A stretch of 64,000 nt of DNA, from NCBI GenBank assembly GCA_964106915.2, contig OZ066915.1; one strand, 5' to 3'. The translations under genes and the position numbers were made by a program. The DNA is from Podarcis gaigeae. Its lineage: Eukaryota. This document shows, piece after piece, positions 13,601-26,300 of the stretch. Position 1 is the stretch's first letter, and every line of letters begins with the position of its first letter. A model generated the notes under the pieces. The model did not search any database. It was not told where the DNA came from and saw only the letters and a list, made by a program, of their open reading frames with translations.

Positions 13601-16600
13601 GTTGTCATTGTAGCCGACCATAAGGACAGGTCTGGCTGCTGTGTGACTCCTGTCCTGAAAGTGAAAAGTGATCCTGCATCTTAGAGGACTGACCCACCCT
13701 TTCTCTCTACTGACTCGCTGCGTTTGTTCAGGATGAGGCGAAGGCTGAGGAGGAAATGGCGCAGAAGCGCGCAAGCTTCCTAGAGAGGCAGCAGCGACGC
13801 ACTGAGGAGGCGAAGCGCAGGAAGCAATGGCAGGAGGCGGAGAAGGAGAAGAAAGAGGAGGAGGCAAGGTGAGGTTGGGATGGGGGAAGCCACAGGGTCC
13901 TCCTCATTCTTGGCCCTCTTTGTAGGCATGGCCATGGTAGGTGCTTCTGCTGTGGTGGGAGGCCTTGTGCTTCCAGTATTCCACCCCCCCCCCCCCATAG
14001 CTCTATTTGGTTTCTCCAGTTCCCATGCTACACCAACACTTACAAAAATTGAGTCACTCAAGTAATGCTTTATACATCTATAACTACTGCTTCACTTGTT
14101 TTGTATTGGTTCTGATGCACTGGGATTTCCCATTGTGTGGAAATGGTTCTCATCTCACAGTGGGACCTTGTGTGAATGGGGTCCTTTTCACTCAATCTTC
14201 CATGGCAAAAGGGGCAAGATTCAGGGTCTGGCCATTCAGAATGAGGGCATAATATGCAGATTCGTTGCACTATTCCAAGGACAGTGTCTGGATCTTTCTT
14301 GAAGCAAAATGTGCCCACCTTATGTAGAGCCAACGAACTCTGACTGCTTGGAGTGCCATCTTCAAGGACTTTCTCCTGTACAAACCCTGCTGCCTAGAAT
14401 GAGATTTGTGTGTGAGCAAGATTGTCTAGTGCAAAATAAGTTCTTGCTGGCCCTCAAGTCGCAGATTTTCTTCTAAGTTGGCAGCAGAAGTGTGTGTGAG
14501 TAAAGGAAATAACCTGGCAAAGTGTCATCTGTTGCTTGCACCTTCCCCCAGCAGGGCTCACTGCTTGTGGTATGAAGGGCAGAGGAATCGCTGTAACCTC
14601 TGGCAGATGCTTATGAGCCAACCACCATTTTGACATTCCCATATTGACCTGATGAACCATTGTCTTGGGACATTATGGGAATAATTTGCAGGGGATTCTA
14701 GGGGATATATTCTAGAGCAGGAATAGCCAATGTGGTTCCCTCCAGGTATTGCTGAACTACAAGCCCCCACCTTGTTCTAGGGCATAGGTAGGCAAACTAA
14801 GGCCTTGGGGCCAGATCCGGCCAAACTGCCAGTCCGGGAATCAGCAAGTTTTTACATGAGTAGAATGTATGCTTTTATTTAAAATGCGTCTCTGGGTTAT
14901 TTGTGCGGCATAGGAATTTGTTCATTTTTGTCTTCAAAATATAGTCCGCCCCCCCACAAGGTCTGAGGGACAGTGGGCCGGCCCCCTGCTGAAAAAGTTT
15001 GCTGACCCGTTTTAGGGAGTGTTCTTGGTTTGCACACAGGGCATCAGTTGTGCCTACTGGACCTGGCTGTTACGATCCGTGAGCTGAGAATGCAACCACC
15101 TCCCATTGTTGCTTCATATTGCAAGAGAAGAGGGGTAGTTCTGGGAGGCGTGTCTGTGGATACCATACCCCCGCCCCCATTAAGGAACCATGGAGGGGGT
15201 TTCAGAATGCAGATGAAAAACTAATTCATTTTACCTAACTAAAGGCAGAATTCATTTGATGACTCCCATCAGGGTAAGCCCTTTGCACACAGGGTCCCCC
15301 CCCCCCCCGGTCCCCTGAAACTGGAGAGGAGAGATCAGCCCACTTGGTGAGCTGCAGTGCATTTTAGTATGATGTTGAATCCTTCTTCCTATAACTACAA
15401 AATGCCCGGTGGATTTTGGGTTAATAGCAGATTCTGTGCCTGGTGGGCTTGTAGTCACTTTTAACCTCTGGCTGTATTCTTGACTGTGCTTCTCCAGACA
15501 ACGGCAGGCAGAGGAGCAGCCGCGGCAAGAGGAGGAAGTGGTGGGGCCGAGGCGCGGTGACTTCACCCGCCTGGAATACCAGCGGCGCCATCAGCTCAAG
15601 CTGATGGAGGACCTGGACAAGGTGCTGCGGCAGAAGCCCACCACTGTGCGCGCCCTCAAGAAGGGGCGGCCCAAGACCGTCTTCTGTGATGACTCTGCCC
15701 TCGCGCGCAGCCCCGTGAAAGGCCTCCTTGGTAAGAGCTGTGGCTAGTTGGGAAAGGAGCTGGGCATGCTCTGCAGGGCGGCGGAAAACTTGTAAACGCA
15801 GCTGCCGTGTGTTACGGTGGCGCTAAAATGCAAAGGGACCATGGTTCAGGAAAGGGACAGCTGTGGCCATGTAAACTTTGCCCCCAACTCCTGATCATGT
15901 GCCTGCCTATTCCTAGGCTCCAAGCTCAGCAAGGTGTATTCCCAGTCGACTCTCTCGCTTTCTACGGTGGCCAATGATCCTGGCAACTCACTCTCCATCA
16001 AGAGGTCTTCTCGGTGAGTTTGTAGTACTTCTACTTAGCCTCTTAACGCATTAAGAGGGTACAGGGGAGATGCAAAAACCCTGGCAGTGTGCTCTAGGGT
16101 GGGTGGGATTTGGATTGGCCTTCTAGCTAGTAGCAGGCCCGAGGGAAATGGGTTTGTGCTGCACTTGCAGAAGTTAAGGGTGAGCACTTCTGTTTTGCAG
16201 AGCTGCGTCTCCTTCTGGGCCAATGTCCCCCAGCCGGTTGCTGTCCAACCAGAACCGGGAGCGTGACTGGGAGAACGCATCGACCGCCTCCTCGCCAGCC
16301 TCCATTCCAGAGTACACAGGTAAACCTCTTGCTGTCTCAGCCCTCCCTTCCAGAAAATTCCAGCTTTCCTTCTGTGATTCTACAGAGGGAGCTCTGCTAG
16401 ATTGCCTTCTCCAAATGCACTGGCCAAGTGTCTTGATCTGGTGCCTGCTCTGCAAGGGCATCAAGAGACCTCCAGATCCTTTGCCTTGTGAAGCATCTTC
16501 TGCTTGTCTTGCCAGGGCTGCCTTCCTTAGGGAACCTCGTGAGCCTGACTTCTCTGCTGAACTCTTCTTCTCTCTGCAGGGCCCAAGCTGTACAAGGAGC

Positions 16601-17571
16601 CCAGTGCCAAGTCCAATAAGTACATTATTCACAATGCACTGTCTCACTGCTGCCTTGCTGGCAAAGTCAATGAACCCCAGAAAAATCGCATCCTGGAGGT
16701 AAGCTGAGGGGGCAATTACACAGGGTGGGATGGCGGGTTGTTAAATGGCTGTGGGCTGGGCAAGGTGCATCCTTCACCCTCGTCTTGCTGAACTGTGCAC
16801 ATCATGTAGATATCCTCCTCTGATCTCTGTGAATTTGGAAGAACATCATGTTGGCTCCAGCTTCTGACTCTGCATGGGCTTTGTAGCTATGGACGTTTGC
16901 CTCTGCATAATACAGCATGGCCTCAACTTCCGCTGTTAGAATATAGCAGCATATAAGCATCACACTGGCTGCACCACTGAGAGATGTTAATCATAGAACC
17001 CCATGTGCAAAGGTGTTTGGTCACCTTCATTGGCTGTGAGCCTAGTGGCGGTTGAACCGTACTGGCAGAAGTCTCCCTTTTCTCAGTGGAGATGAAGAAA
17101 ATCATGTGTGACATGTGCTGGCTCACTCAGTTTCACAAGAACTTAGAACTGTACGTTGTTTGTTGTTCATTCTGCAGACATTTCTAATGTTGGAATGTTT
17201 TATGTGCCTCGACTTGATTCTTACTCCTGTTTTACACGCATCTTCCTCCCTGCCCCCCTCCATTTTAGGAAGTGGAGAAGAGCAAAGCCAATCACTTCCT
17301 CATCCTGTTCCGTGATTCGAGCTGCCAGTTCCGGGCGCTGTACACCCTGTCGCCAGAGACGGAGGAACTGACGCGCCTGGCAGGCTACGGGCCGCGCACC
17401 ATCACTCTGGCCATGATTGAGGGCATCTACAAGTACAGCTCTGACCGTAAGCGCTTCACGCAGATTCCCAGCAAGACCATGTCCATGAGTGTGGATGCCT
17501 TCACCATCCAAGGACACCTCTGGCAGACCAAGAAGCCAGGCACCCCCAAGAAGCCAGGCACACCAAAATAG
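1523..17571 (+). CDS. CAMSAP3: CAMSAP3 (microtubule minus-end protein), 5'-partial. join(1523-1621,2266-2298,3312-3359,5080-5218,5373-5512,6024-6117,7643-7694,9552-9628,10710-10782,10980-12708,13732-13868,15498-15730,15917-16013,16201-16319,16580-16698,17269-17571)
   Basis: All junctions GT-AG with continuous phase (3492 nt, 1163 aa + TAG). CH-domain peptides (DLASGGAIAATIHYYCPQ, SVADSLYNLQLIQ), coiled coil (LEEKRRAIEAQKKRIEAIF), GDFTRLEYQRRHQLKLMEDL and C-terminal CKK domain (KLYKEPSAKSNKYII...HFLILFRD). First exons lie upstream of the window. Confidence 0.97.
2266..2298 (+). CDS. CAMSAP3: CAMSAP3 33-nt microexon CPTRWYWKLVP
   Basis: Polypyrimidine tract + cag, gtaagt donor; RWYWKLVP is a CAMSAP-family cassette peptide. 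Confidence 0.92.
2997..3035 (+). CDS. Candidate additional 39-nt CAMSAP3 microexon LYSVQPGVRTSPN
   Basis: Long pyrimidine tract ending tttgcttgctgcccag, gtaggc donor, phase 0-0, no stop, CpG-retaining. Confidence 0.5.
3312..3359 (+). CDS. CAMSAP3: CAMSAP3 48-nt microexon HAIAFCLKESGNKPPV
   Basis: cag acceptor, gtaatg donor, phase 0-0; matches the mammalian CAMSAP3 long-isoform insert as I recall it. Confidence 0.9.
5080..5218 (+). CDS. CAMSAP3: CAMSAP3 exon (CH domain, IRYRKDK...IVRLE)
   Basis: AG/GT, phase 0-1. Confidence 0.95.
5373..5512 (+). CDS. CAMSAP3: CAMSAP3 exon (CH domain, VCLKETMSVADSLYNL)
   Basis: AG/GT, phase 1-0. Confidence 0.95.
6024..6117 (+). CDS. CAMSAP3: CAMSAP3 exon (INVGVFLAELFLCFEVLKPDFV)
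   Basis: AG/GT, phase 0-1. Confidence 0.95.
7643..7694 (+). CDS. CAMSAP3: CAMSAP3 small exon (DSPGLNDSLTPNSGNNS)
   Basis: ttctcttccag / gtaagg, phase 1-2 bridges the flanking exons. Confidence 0.82.
9552..9628 (+). CDS. CAMSAP3: CAMSAP3 exon (SSPVFSFRHPLL)
   Basis: AG/GT, phase 2-1. Confidence 0.9.
10710..10782 (+). CDS. CAMSAP3: CAMSAP3 exon (SLHHSTSMSHVEGFGKPWSKKQL)
   Basis: AG/GT, phase 1-2. Confidence 0.9.
10980..12708 (+). CDS. CAMSAP3: CAMSAP3 large central exon (coiled coils, Pro/Ser-rich region)
   Basis: Inside ORF 10900-12720; ccctag acceptor, AAG/gtaagc donor. Confidence 0.96.
12977..13012. repeat. (TG)n microsatellite
   Basis: Direct reading. Confidence 0.9.
13732..13868 (+). 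CDS. CAMSAP3: CAMSAP3 exon (DEAKAEEEMAQKRASFLERQQRR)
   Basis: AG/GT, phase 0-2, coiled coil. Confidence 0.95.
14781..15010. mobile_element. hAT-like MITE
   Basis: Ends ..gtaggcaaact / agtttgctgaccc with subterminal ggcc repeats. Confidence 0.55.
15498..15730 (+). CDS. CAMSAP3: CAMSAP3 exon (RRGDFTRLEYQRRHQLKLMEDLDKVLR)
   Basis: AG/GT, phase 2-1. Confidence 0.95.
15917..16013 (+). CDS. CAMSAP3: CAMSAP3 exon (SKLSKVYSQSTLSLSTVAN)
   Basis: AG/GT, phase 1-2. Confidence 0.94.
16201..16319 (+). CDS. CAMSAP3: CAMSAP3 exon (RERDWENASTASSPASIPEYT)
   Basis: AG/GT, phase 2-1. Confidence 0.95.
16580..16698 (+). CDS. CAMSAP3: CAMSAP3 exon (CKK domain, N-terminal part)
   Basis: AG/GT, phase 1-0. Confidence 0.96.
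17269..17571 (+). CDS. CAMSAP3: CAMSAP3 last coding exon (CKK domain, C-terminal part)
   Basis: ttttag acceptor, ends KKPGTPKKPGTPK-TAG. Confidence 0.96.
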   Translation, partial: EVEKSKANHFLILFRDSSCQFRALYTLSPETEELTRLAGYGPRTITLAMIEGIYKYSSDRKRFTQIPSKTMSMSVDAFTIQGHLWQTKKPGTPKKPGTPK

Positions 17572-19036
17572 CCAGGCCTTTCCAACCTCAGTCCGTCTAC
17601 TGCTGTTCTCTGCCTGGACTTTAGAGCTGCTACTTGTTAGGTTGCTGGCCCAAGTTGGATACATGGAACCCTACCAAAATGGGTGGCTTGCGTAGATGGG
17701 TCTGTTAAGCAGGGGGTTACATCTTGTACTGGACCAGCGTTATCTCTGGCTGGATCAGAGCCACACAGGAGTCTTCTGCATAGTTCTGATGCCTGTTCTA
17801 AGGAGACTTTTTTTTTGGGGGGGGGGGGGTTGTTGACAGATGCTCTGGAAACTGCCAAATCCCATGATAATCTAGAGGCTCAGAGTTGCCATAGTGACAC
17901 TGCCCTACATGCGGCCTGTATGCGCTCGTCTGGGCTCCTGCATGCTCTGTCTGCCTCCAGCCACCACCTGAATGTTGGTCCACCACCACAGCAATGAAGG
18001 GTCTCTCTTTCTGACTCCTGCTTGCCTGGGGAACGGGGCCCAGGCCTTCTTTGGTTCTGTCTGGGGTTTCTTGTTTCCCTGGGTGCCCCTGTTTATATTT
18101 ATACATACTTATACATATATATAGATATATATATATATATATCTTGGAGCTATTTAATGATTTTTCAATTATTTGTATATAAAAAGGAACAAATTGCATT
18201 TGGAACAGTGGGGCAGGGTGAATTTGTATATGGAGATAGGCATGGTGGGGGGAGGGTAGCACAGAACAAGGTGTGTGTGTGTGGATGGATGTTTCCTCCT
18301 TTGGCGTTTTGTCTTTCTTCCTTTCCCCACTTCCCCTTTGGGCTTTTTTTTCCTGCTCCCTTGTTCACAAGGGCTATTTGGTGTAGGGGTGGGCAAGGGC
18401 TGTTTACATGCCATAATTTTTTAGCAGGCATTTTGGGGGATGGCAGGGAGCCTGTGAATTTGGCAAGCTTCAGCTGGCCATTCTCATTCAAAATATTTGG
18501 AAGCTGGGAGTTGCTGTAGTCACAGAGCAGGCCTCTGTGGATCCTGAACTGAGCTGCCAAATGGAAAAAGCAAACTCCTACCTGCTCTAGGAAGAGAGCA
18601 GGCTCCAGCCTCTTCTTTCCTTCCTTCCTTACCAGTTTAGAGCTGCACCTCTGGGCTGTAGCAGGCAGTGAATGTAGGCTGCTCCTTCAGTTGTTCTCCC
18701 CAAGAGCCAGAGGAGGCCTGGGCACTGAGGGGCTTCTACCCTCTTTTCTTTCTCTTCTCCCCCACCCCGTACCCGGCCCACTTGCTGTTTGGGTCTTTTC
18801 CTCCGCCTCCTGCTCTTTTGGGGTAGCAGTTGCTCTCAAGGCAGAGTGCAAGAGGGAGCTAGGGGAAGCCAATCCTGTTCAGCTTGGGGTTCTGTCTTGT
18901 TCAACTTTATTCCAGGTCTCTCGTGGTTGCTTGTTGATGACCGAATGTCATGTAGGTGTTTGGGGATACAGTATAGTGCAGGGTTGGTGTTAAAAAAAAT
19001 TAAAAGGGCAGGTGGGAACTTTGTCCCTGGCTGCTT

Positions 19037-19113
19037 AATAAAGTAACTTAAATGAACTCTTTGCTGGTCATTACTTGGTGCACTTCCATCCCACACAGAG
19101 TGGGGTGAATAAA
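19037..19113 (+). terminator. Two candidate CAMSAP3 polyadenylation signals (AATAAA 19037-19042 and 19108-19113)
   Basis: Hexamers about 1.5 kb after the stop, followed by U/GU-rich sequence. Confidence 0.6.
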
Positions 19114-19864
19114 AGACACTGGAGGCAGATTGTGTCTCTGGTTTTGAAAGCCTGCCTTTCCTTTCTCTCTATAATTGGCTTTATGTTGCAAGTGTCTGCC
19201 TTCAGCTTTAGCCTGTGCCCATTACTCAGCTGTTTTGGATAGCAGCGCAGAGGCACGGGCAAGCTAGGAGTCTAGCCATTTTAAAGCCTTTTTTGTCGGA
19301 TGTAAACTTGTTCCATGTTTAATGCAGGGTTAGAACTACTGGGGTGTGACCAGCTGCTGTTTCCTTGTTTGGGTTTAATTAAGCGTGGCTTCCTTGAAAG
19401 CAGTGAAGGTTTGGTAGGTGTTCAGCTGGTTGGTAGAAGGAAGTAAGGTCATTCTCCCTGTTCCACCCAGCTATTTGTTGGACTTGCCCCCATGAGCATG
19501 ACCAAGTAGGACAGGAATATACTTAAGAACAGGACTTGGGAGAAACTGCTATAGCAGGAAAGACAAATTATATATCTGCATTCACGGAAGGTATGTGGTA
19601 ACAACCTCTTCACTACTGCTTAACCCCCTTTCCTTAATGCTCATTGTTCTTAAACATCAAGAGCTTATTCACAAATCAGTTTTAAGCTGCCAGGATCTTA
19701 TGAAGTAACTGTTGCCACAACAGTTAAGCTAGTGAGAGAGGATGAATTCTTATCAGCAGCACAGTTAAGGAAATTCCATTAGGAAGGTGGGGGTTAAGCA
19801 CTCCATTGTATTGAACATGCCACTGAACTGAAAGCAGTGTTCGACATAAATTGAAGAAGCCCCT

Positions 19865-19870
19865 TTTATT
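19865..19870 (-). terminator. Candidate XAB2 polyadenylation signal AATAAA
   Basis: tttatt on the + strand, about 420 nt after the stop. Confidence 0.55.
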
Positions 19871-19990
19871 ACACTTTTTAAGATTAGGAGAGTTAGAGTT
19901 TCAGTAATGAAAAGTATGCCAAACTAGCAGCTGGCAGTGCAGGTTACTTATTCATGTATACAGCAGCTGGCATTGTTGCCCACCTTTTCT

Positions 19991-20130
19991 CATAGAGCTG
20001 GAAGGGACCCTGAGGATCATCCAGTCCAACCCCTTGCAATGCACAAATTTGTAGCTGTCCCTTACGGGGATTGAAACTGCAACCCTGGTGTTGCCAACAC
20101 CATGCTCTAATCAATTGAGCTAGTTTCCCA
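19991..20130 (-). mobile_element. tRNA-head / CR1-tail SINE (Squam3-like) in the XAB2 3'UTR
   Basis: Minus strand: TAGCTCAATTGATTAGAGC A-box, B-box-like, then GGGGTTGGACTGGATGATCCTCAGGGTCCCTTCCAGCTCTATG CR1 tail; related pieces at about 22633-22770, 38085-38197 and 59973-60000. Confidence 0.7.
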
Positions 20131-20289
20131 TACAGACCTAAACCAGACATTTGATAAAAAGATTTTATAAATAGCAACATGACAGAATAGAAAAGGATAC
20201 TATCAAGGAAAACAAACGAATTACACCAAGCCCAGCTTATACAGATACGACACTTGTAGCTCAAAAGCAGTTCATCCATCTGCAGCTGC

Positions 20290-20351
20290 TCAATCATCCT
20301 TAAGGCCTCCAAACACAGCGGAAGGAACACTCTTCTGCTCCAGCTGCACCT
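20290..20351 (-). CDS. XAB2: XAB2 exon 19 (last coding)
   Basis: ctacag acceptor, [15 protein letters not shown]. Confidence 0.95.
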
Positions 20352-23300
20352 CTGTAGGAGAGAAGATTTGGGATAATCAAGCAAGAACAGTCACATGTCA
20401 GGCTTAGAGAAATGACTTTGCTGGGTTGAACCTCAGCATTCTTGCAACCATTTCTGATTTGTGCCAGAACTAAGCTGAACTCTCTTTTTCACATAAAAAT
20501 ATACTCTTAGTTTTGCCAAAAGTATTTTCAGCAATCCCTCTTTTTCATGTGTGGGGACTTTTTAGAGACCTGGCAGATCAGAAACACTTGCTGCTCTGTT
20601 GCAAATCATCTAGAGATCTACTGGTAAACCCTAGTCTACTTTGTGCCTATTCGCTTCAAAAACTAGACCATACAGCACCGTCTCTTACTTACCGTCAGGC
20701 TCATTATCCTCACTCTCATCTCCATCATCCAAATCAATGTCTATCTCATCAGGATTAGCCTGTTTGGAGAGTTCAGCCAGCTCACTGCGGGAAGCATCAC
20801 TCCTAGAAATAAGGAACAAGAAACTGGTGAATCGTACAGGAGCCAGCACAGTATTATTCACACAGTGACTGCCCCATGCCTATACTGCAGGAAACAGGTC
20901 CATCCTGAGAAGATCAAGCTGGCTTTACAGGTTCCCATGTCTCTTCTCCACTGCAAGCTGCAACTGAAAGCCACTAGATAAGCTACACCAACTATTAGAA
21001 CCTGCAGCATTGACTCAACTCTACAGCTTCACTATCCGCATGATCATAAATGCATTAGGCTTCACTATAACAACCATCAAGGCAAAACAGAACAAAAATG
21101 CATAGTGAAGGAGCCAATGGAGGTTAAAACATAAGTCTCACCATTGCTACACTCCTCCCTGAAATGCAAACTCTCTTAATCCTGTTTTGTGTTAGTTTCA
21201 GGCTTTAGTCTAATGTGAAGATCTTCGACTCTAGGATCAAGTCATGTAGCGACAAAGCCCAGCTTGGGTCTGATAGTGTGTGCCTGCCACTACCCAACAG
21301 AGACACAAGTTTAATCATGATAAGAACTAGAATTCCACTAGCTATCCAACTTGAGTACACGTGGACACATACAGAATTTTAACACAGCTGATGGACAAAC
21401 TGAGCAGTTGTTTAAAAATGTCTCTTCCCCCGCCTAACCACCACAAAAAAACCTTTGAAGTAGTGGAGACAGTAGGCACAAGGTGGTTTCTGTGGCCCTG
21501 GCTATACTTCTGTGTCTCTTCTACTACCCAAATTCCAGGGGGAAATATTTTTAAAACCTCTAACCAGAACATACATGCATTAAGATAAAAAGTAAAGTAC
21601 ACTGCACATTAAATAGATTCTGTCTACTGCCTAGTTTCTCATGGCAAGAACACTGCATGTTTTCCCATTTCCAACAGCAGCCACCTTGTGCGGCCATCCC
21701 TACTTCTACAACTCTCCAAGCTTACGACAAACAGCTTGGTTCTTGCCCAACCTGAAATATGACCCCTGGTGTATTGCATGCTGGGTGGTGACCTACAGCG
21801 AAGAGGTTAAGCAAGTCTCCCTGGCCTGCAGTACACTCACCTGACAAACAGGATCTTCTCCTTAGCTTGGGGCTGATCTCGCTCCGCTTCAGCTGCCAAC
21901 TGCTCCGCCCGCTGCTCTAACAGTTTCATGTCATCCATGCCACTCTGCCCAGGTGCCAGGTCAGACACTGAAACCAAAAGACAAGCAGGAGGGAAGGGCA
22001 GAGGAAAGGTTAGAACAGAAAAGGAGATGTAGCGGCAGACACCCCTCTCTGCCGGGACCTGTGCGGGGGGGGGGGGGGGGCGAGACCTACCTGTGCCCGT
22101 GGCATTGCTGTACACCTTCAGCATCTGAGAGGCCATGAAATTGACTTGTGTGTTGTAGGTTGCTTGCACGCTTCGTTTAATGCGAAGCATCTCCCGGATA
22201 GTGTCTTCGTTCCCATGCCGGATCTCAAATTCCTTCCATGTCTGCCAGAAATTGGCAGTAGTCTGGCAGGAGAAGAAAAAGTGTTTTGAGGGGTGGGGTG
22301 GGAAAGAAGGCAGTCACTGCAAAGTTCAACAGATCAAGCGGAACTTCTCCTTCCTGCTTCACTAGTCTTTCCCCTGAGCTCTGCTATGGGAAAAGCAACA
22401 AGGAGGTGTGTCTGTGTACAGAGATGAGTTGTGCAGTGTATCTTCTGCACCACAAATTAAAATCCTTGCATCTTTGCGATAAATATGTTGTTATAATAAA
22501 TAATAATAATGCTGATAGAGTTATCCTTGAACATAATGGAGAGCTAGCTTTTCTCACCTTCCCACACTGGGTCCTGAAAGGCCATGCTCAGGAGGTGTAT
22601 GACTAGTTCTCTAGTCTAGTGTGTGGAAGAGATCATAGAATTGTCGAGTTGGAAGGGTCCCCGAGGGTCAACTAGTCCAACCCCCTGCAACGCAGGAATC
22701 GCAGCTAAAGAACCCCTGAAAAATGGCCATCCAATTTAATTAGAAACTTCTCACAAAGGAGAGCCCACCAGGTGACTTACTCGGGGATCACACATCTGCG
22801 AACAGTAGGAATAGATGGCCCGAGCTCGGTCTATTTCGCCCAGCTTGCACTCCATGTCGGCAAAGCGCAGGCACATCTCCCGAGCGTGTTCATCTGTCAG
22901 CACCTGCAATGGGGATACGTGTTAAAATTGCATCCTGACCGTCTATGCTTCTAAAATGGCTAACGAGTTAAAAACAAAAGCATCCAAACAAATATTGCAA
23001 ACCAAAAGGGGTGCGATAAGAGCACAGCAGCAGAAAAAGACACAAGTTGAATTGATGTCAAGCAGTCCTAATGCATGATGACAAAGATTTGTGTGGACAC
23101 CAAGTGGGCCTCCCCAAGGGCAGCCTTCCAAAGGTTGGGGGTCGCAATCAAAGGGACTGGCTCACTCTCTGCTATCCATCAGCCCTGTTTCTGAAGTGGA
23201 CCTCAGGGCACAAGCAGGTATCTCTGGGAAGTTTCCCAAGCTGTATAGGGCTTTATAAAAAGGTAACACTCAACACTTTGACCTGTGCTGAATAAAAGCA

Positions 23301-26300
23301 AAACGAGCATATTGCACAATATCCTCATAGTTGTAATAGTGATTACAGAAGCTGTATTTGTATTTACCCCATATCATATAAGAACACAATCCTATTCAGC
23401 CCTTACCTAGCAGACTAGTTCCTCTCTAGGCGAAGCAAGAGACTCATCCTGGAGTTTTAAACACAGCATTATTTATTTGGAAAGAAGGAACTAACCTCAA
23501 TAGCTTTCTCGTAGATGCTACGCGTGTGTGTGACCCCATATATTTCAGCTGCTCTCTTGATGTAGATATTGTACATGTCATACTGCTCTGAAGGCTGCAC
23601 AGCCTGAGTGGCCCTCTCATACACTGCCATGGCATGGCGTGCCAGCCCATATTCTTCCTCCAGTTTGGCATACAGCAGGTAGATAGCTGTGAACAGAGAA
23701 GAAATTAAAGCAAAACTACATTCCTCCCCCACCCCCAATCTTTGGGTCAACTCTTCTCACCAAGACATTTTGGCCCTGTATGGACTATGTTAGTGACACT
23801 CCAGATACCATAGGAAAAGTTTTAAATAAGCACTGCCCCAAGAGAGAATTATTCAGATTGCCCTCTTGCACTGAAGAGGATGTGACAGAGATGTTCTCTT
23901 CATCTCAATGGCTCCTGCTGGACAGGAACTTATCAGGCCTCAGTACAGATTGGCTACCCAAGGGGGCACCCTTCAGATGTTTTGACCTACAACTCCCATG
24001 ATCCCAGACTACTGGCTAAGCCAGCCCAGTTGAGGCAGATGGGAACTGCAATCCACAACCTCTGGAGAACACCACAATGCCAACCACTGGGTTATGGATG
24101 CAGATGTCCTCTGGCTCGCATTGAGAGCAAATCCTCTAGCTTTGGCCTTGCTGTTTCCTGTATCTCAGCTTCCGTTGCCCAGGAAAACAGGACTGGGCAT
24201 TTCCCATTATTTATCAGCTCCCACCCCCAGGCTTTTACTGGCTCTTCTCCCTTGCAACAGAGCACAGTTCCGCTTACTTTTAGCGTATTTCTGGGGGCAG
24301 CCATCTAGAGCCTGTTCAAAGAGGTCCCGTGCACGCTCCAACTTCTTGCCACCATAGCGGTCGGTGAATTTGGTAAGATAGGTGTTCCAAATGTCATACA
24401 CGTTTGGCCACTTGAACAATGAGATGCCCCTCTCATACGCCTGCCGGAGAGAAGGAATGGTATGAAAAAGACAGCAAAAGCTTTCTTCTTGTTGGTATAC
24501 TCTTGCCTATATGAAAATCACCATATTGAGTCAGATGATTGTGGTCTACGTAGTCCAGTACTATCTGCTCTGGCTGACAGCAGCAACTCAGCCACCTAAG
24601 GGTCTTTTAATCTGGAGGTGCCAAGGAATGAATTACGGGACCCATTAGCTGAATCCTACCCTCCATGCTAATCTTTCCAAAGGTAAGATTAGCATCTCCT
24701 ACAGAGATGTAGGATCTGCAGAGTTCCGCTCTGCTACCTAAGAAGTACACCACACACTGTAGATATTTTGAGCCCAAGGTCCTCTCTCTCAAGCTCTACA
24801 GCTTGCAGCAGGCAGCTTTTACAATTCAGTGGCTCCCAAACCAACCAGATGGGCAAGCTCCCACTCCCCCAGCTGATATGAGAGCAGACAGAGGTATTGA
24901 TACGCCCAACTCACCTTGAAGCTCTCTTCAAAGTAGCTGTGCTCTTCCAGGAAGAGGCCATAGTTAATGATGATTTGTGGGGTGGCAATGCGCAGGTCCA
25001 GAATGCGGTCATACACGGCTTTAGTAGACTAGGGGTGGTGACAAAAAGAAACTTCAATATTAGGCTGAACCACAAAGAGACAGCCGAGTTACAGGGACAG
25101 CTTGGGGCCCTCAGTCACTGTCCCTTCCCCAGCTATGCCCAGAGATACAGAGGGAGGAGATCAGGAGGGAGGAAACAAGTCCCTGTGTGGTCAATACAGG
25201 CTTTTTAATGCAGAGCTGGCAGGGCTGCTGCCCACAGCTGCTCAAGGCAAGCGGTAAACAAGGCTCCCTATTACCGTCAAAGGGAATCAGTAGGCCCCAG
25301 TTGGATTGTCAGAAAATATGGGAGCAAGAACTGTAGTGCTTCTCATGCAGTGTAGTACTCCTGTGTGCTTCACATAGTGTTTTATTTATTGATTAAATTT
25401 GTCAACTACTTTATCTTGTCCAAGGCAATCCACAGCGACTTGCAACCGAACAGACAATAAACCTCACATAGATACATTAAAACCAAGAGAAAAGGGAAAT
25501 GCATTAAAAATATCCCAGCCGCTTCTAAAAGGCTAGCTAGAAATAATCATGCATAAAAGGGGGAAATATTGAAGGCAGGAAAGAAGTCAGGAGAGAGCAG
25601 ATAAATATGCTGAAAGAAGCTATGGGTACCAAAACCCAGTCAGTTTCTTGAAGCAGAGACTTTGCTTCAGGGAGCGGGAAGTCAGGGGCTTGAGTTGTGC
25701 AAGGCTGCTCTGCTACTGACTTACAACAGCTCCATGTAACAGAGCCAGTTCTCTGGGCCCAATGCTACTCTCCAGCCAGGCACAGGAAGCAGCTGACGGA
25801 GCATGACAGCCCCCCTCTCCATGCCTCAGCACCATACTATTTCAAAGCCAAAGCCATGGTGAAAGGGGAGGAGAGGAGGGTACAGTCTCTAGAATAGCTT
25901 CAAGATGACTAGGAAACAGTGAGGGTTTGTCGTTTTGGGTGGTTCAGAAGATCTCCAAGTATAGCATTAGCTAGCAAACCAAGAGGTCCACGGAATACCT
26001 AACCACTGATTTTGTGCCACTCAAAAGCCAAGGAATGCCAATTCAAAAACCAGCTCATTTGTGCCTAGCTAAAGCTTTTTTTAAAAAAGAAGAAGACTGT
26101 TTTGGGAGAGCTGCTGAAGTGGCAATAAGTCATTCACTTTCTGCACAGCTTGTCCCAGTGGTTAATCCTTTTGCCTGCTAAACTGGAGCCGGGTTTCTAA
26201 TTTGTCTTTAGTCTAATTCCCAGATGTTGACCCTTATTCTGTCTCTCCCTGCTAGTTCAAGGAGACATTTACTGCCCACAGTACTTGCTTCCTTGGATAC

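Noticed and set aside
22065-22080. Long G/C homopolymers (also near 6535, 15295, 35420) as G-quadruplex elements
   Set aside because: Single runs, common in lizard genomes and prone to length errors; no further support
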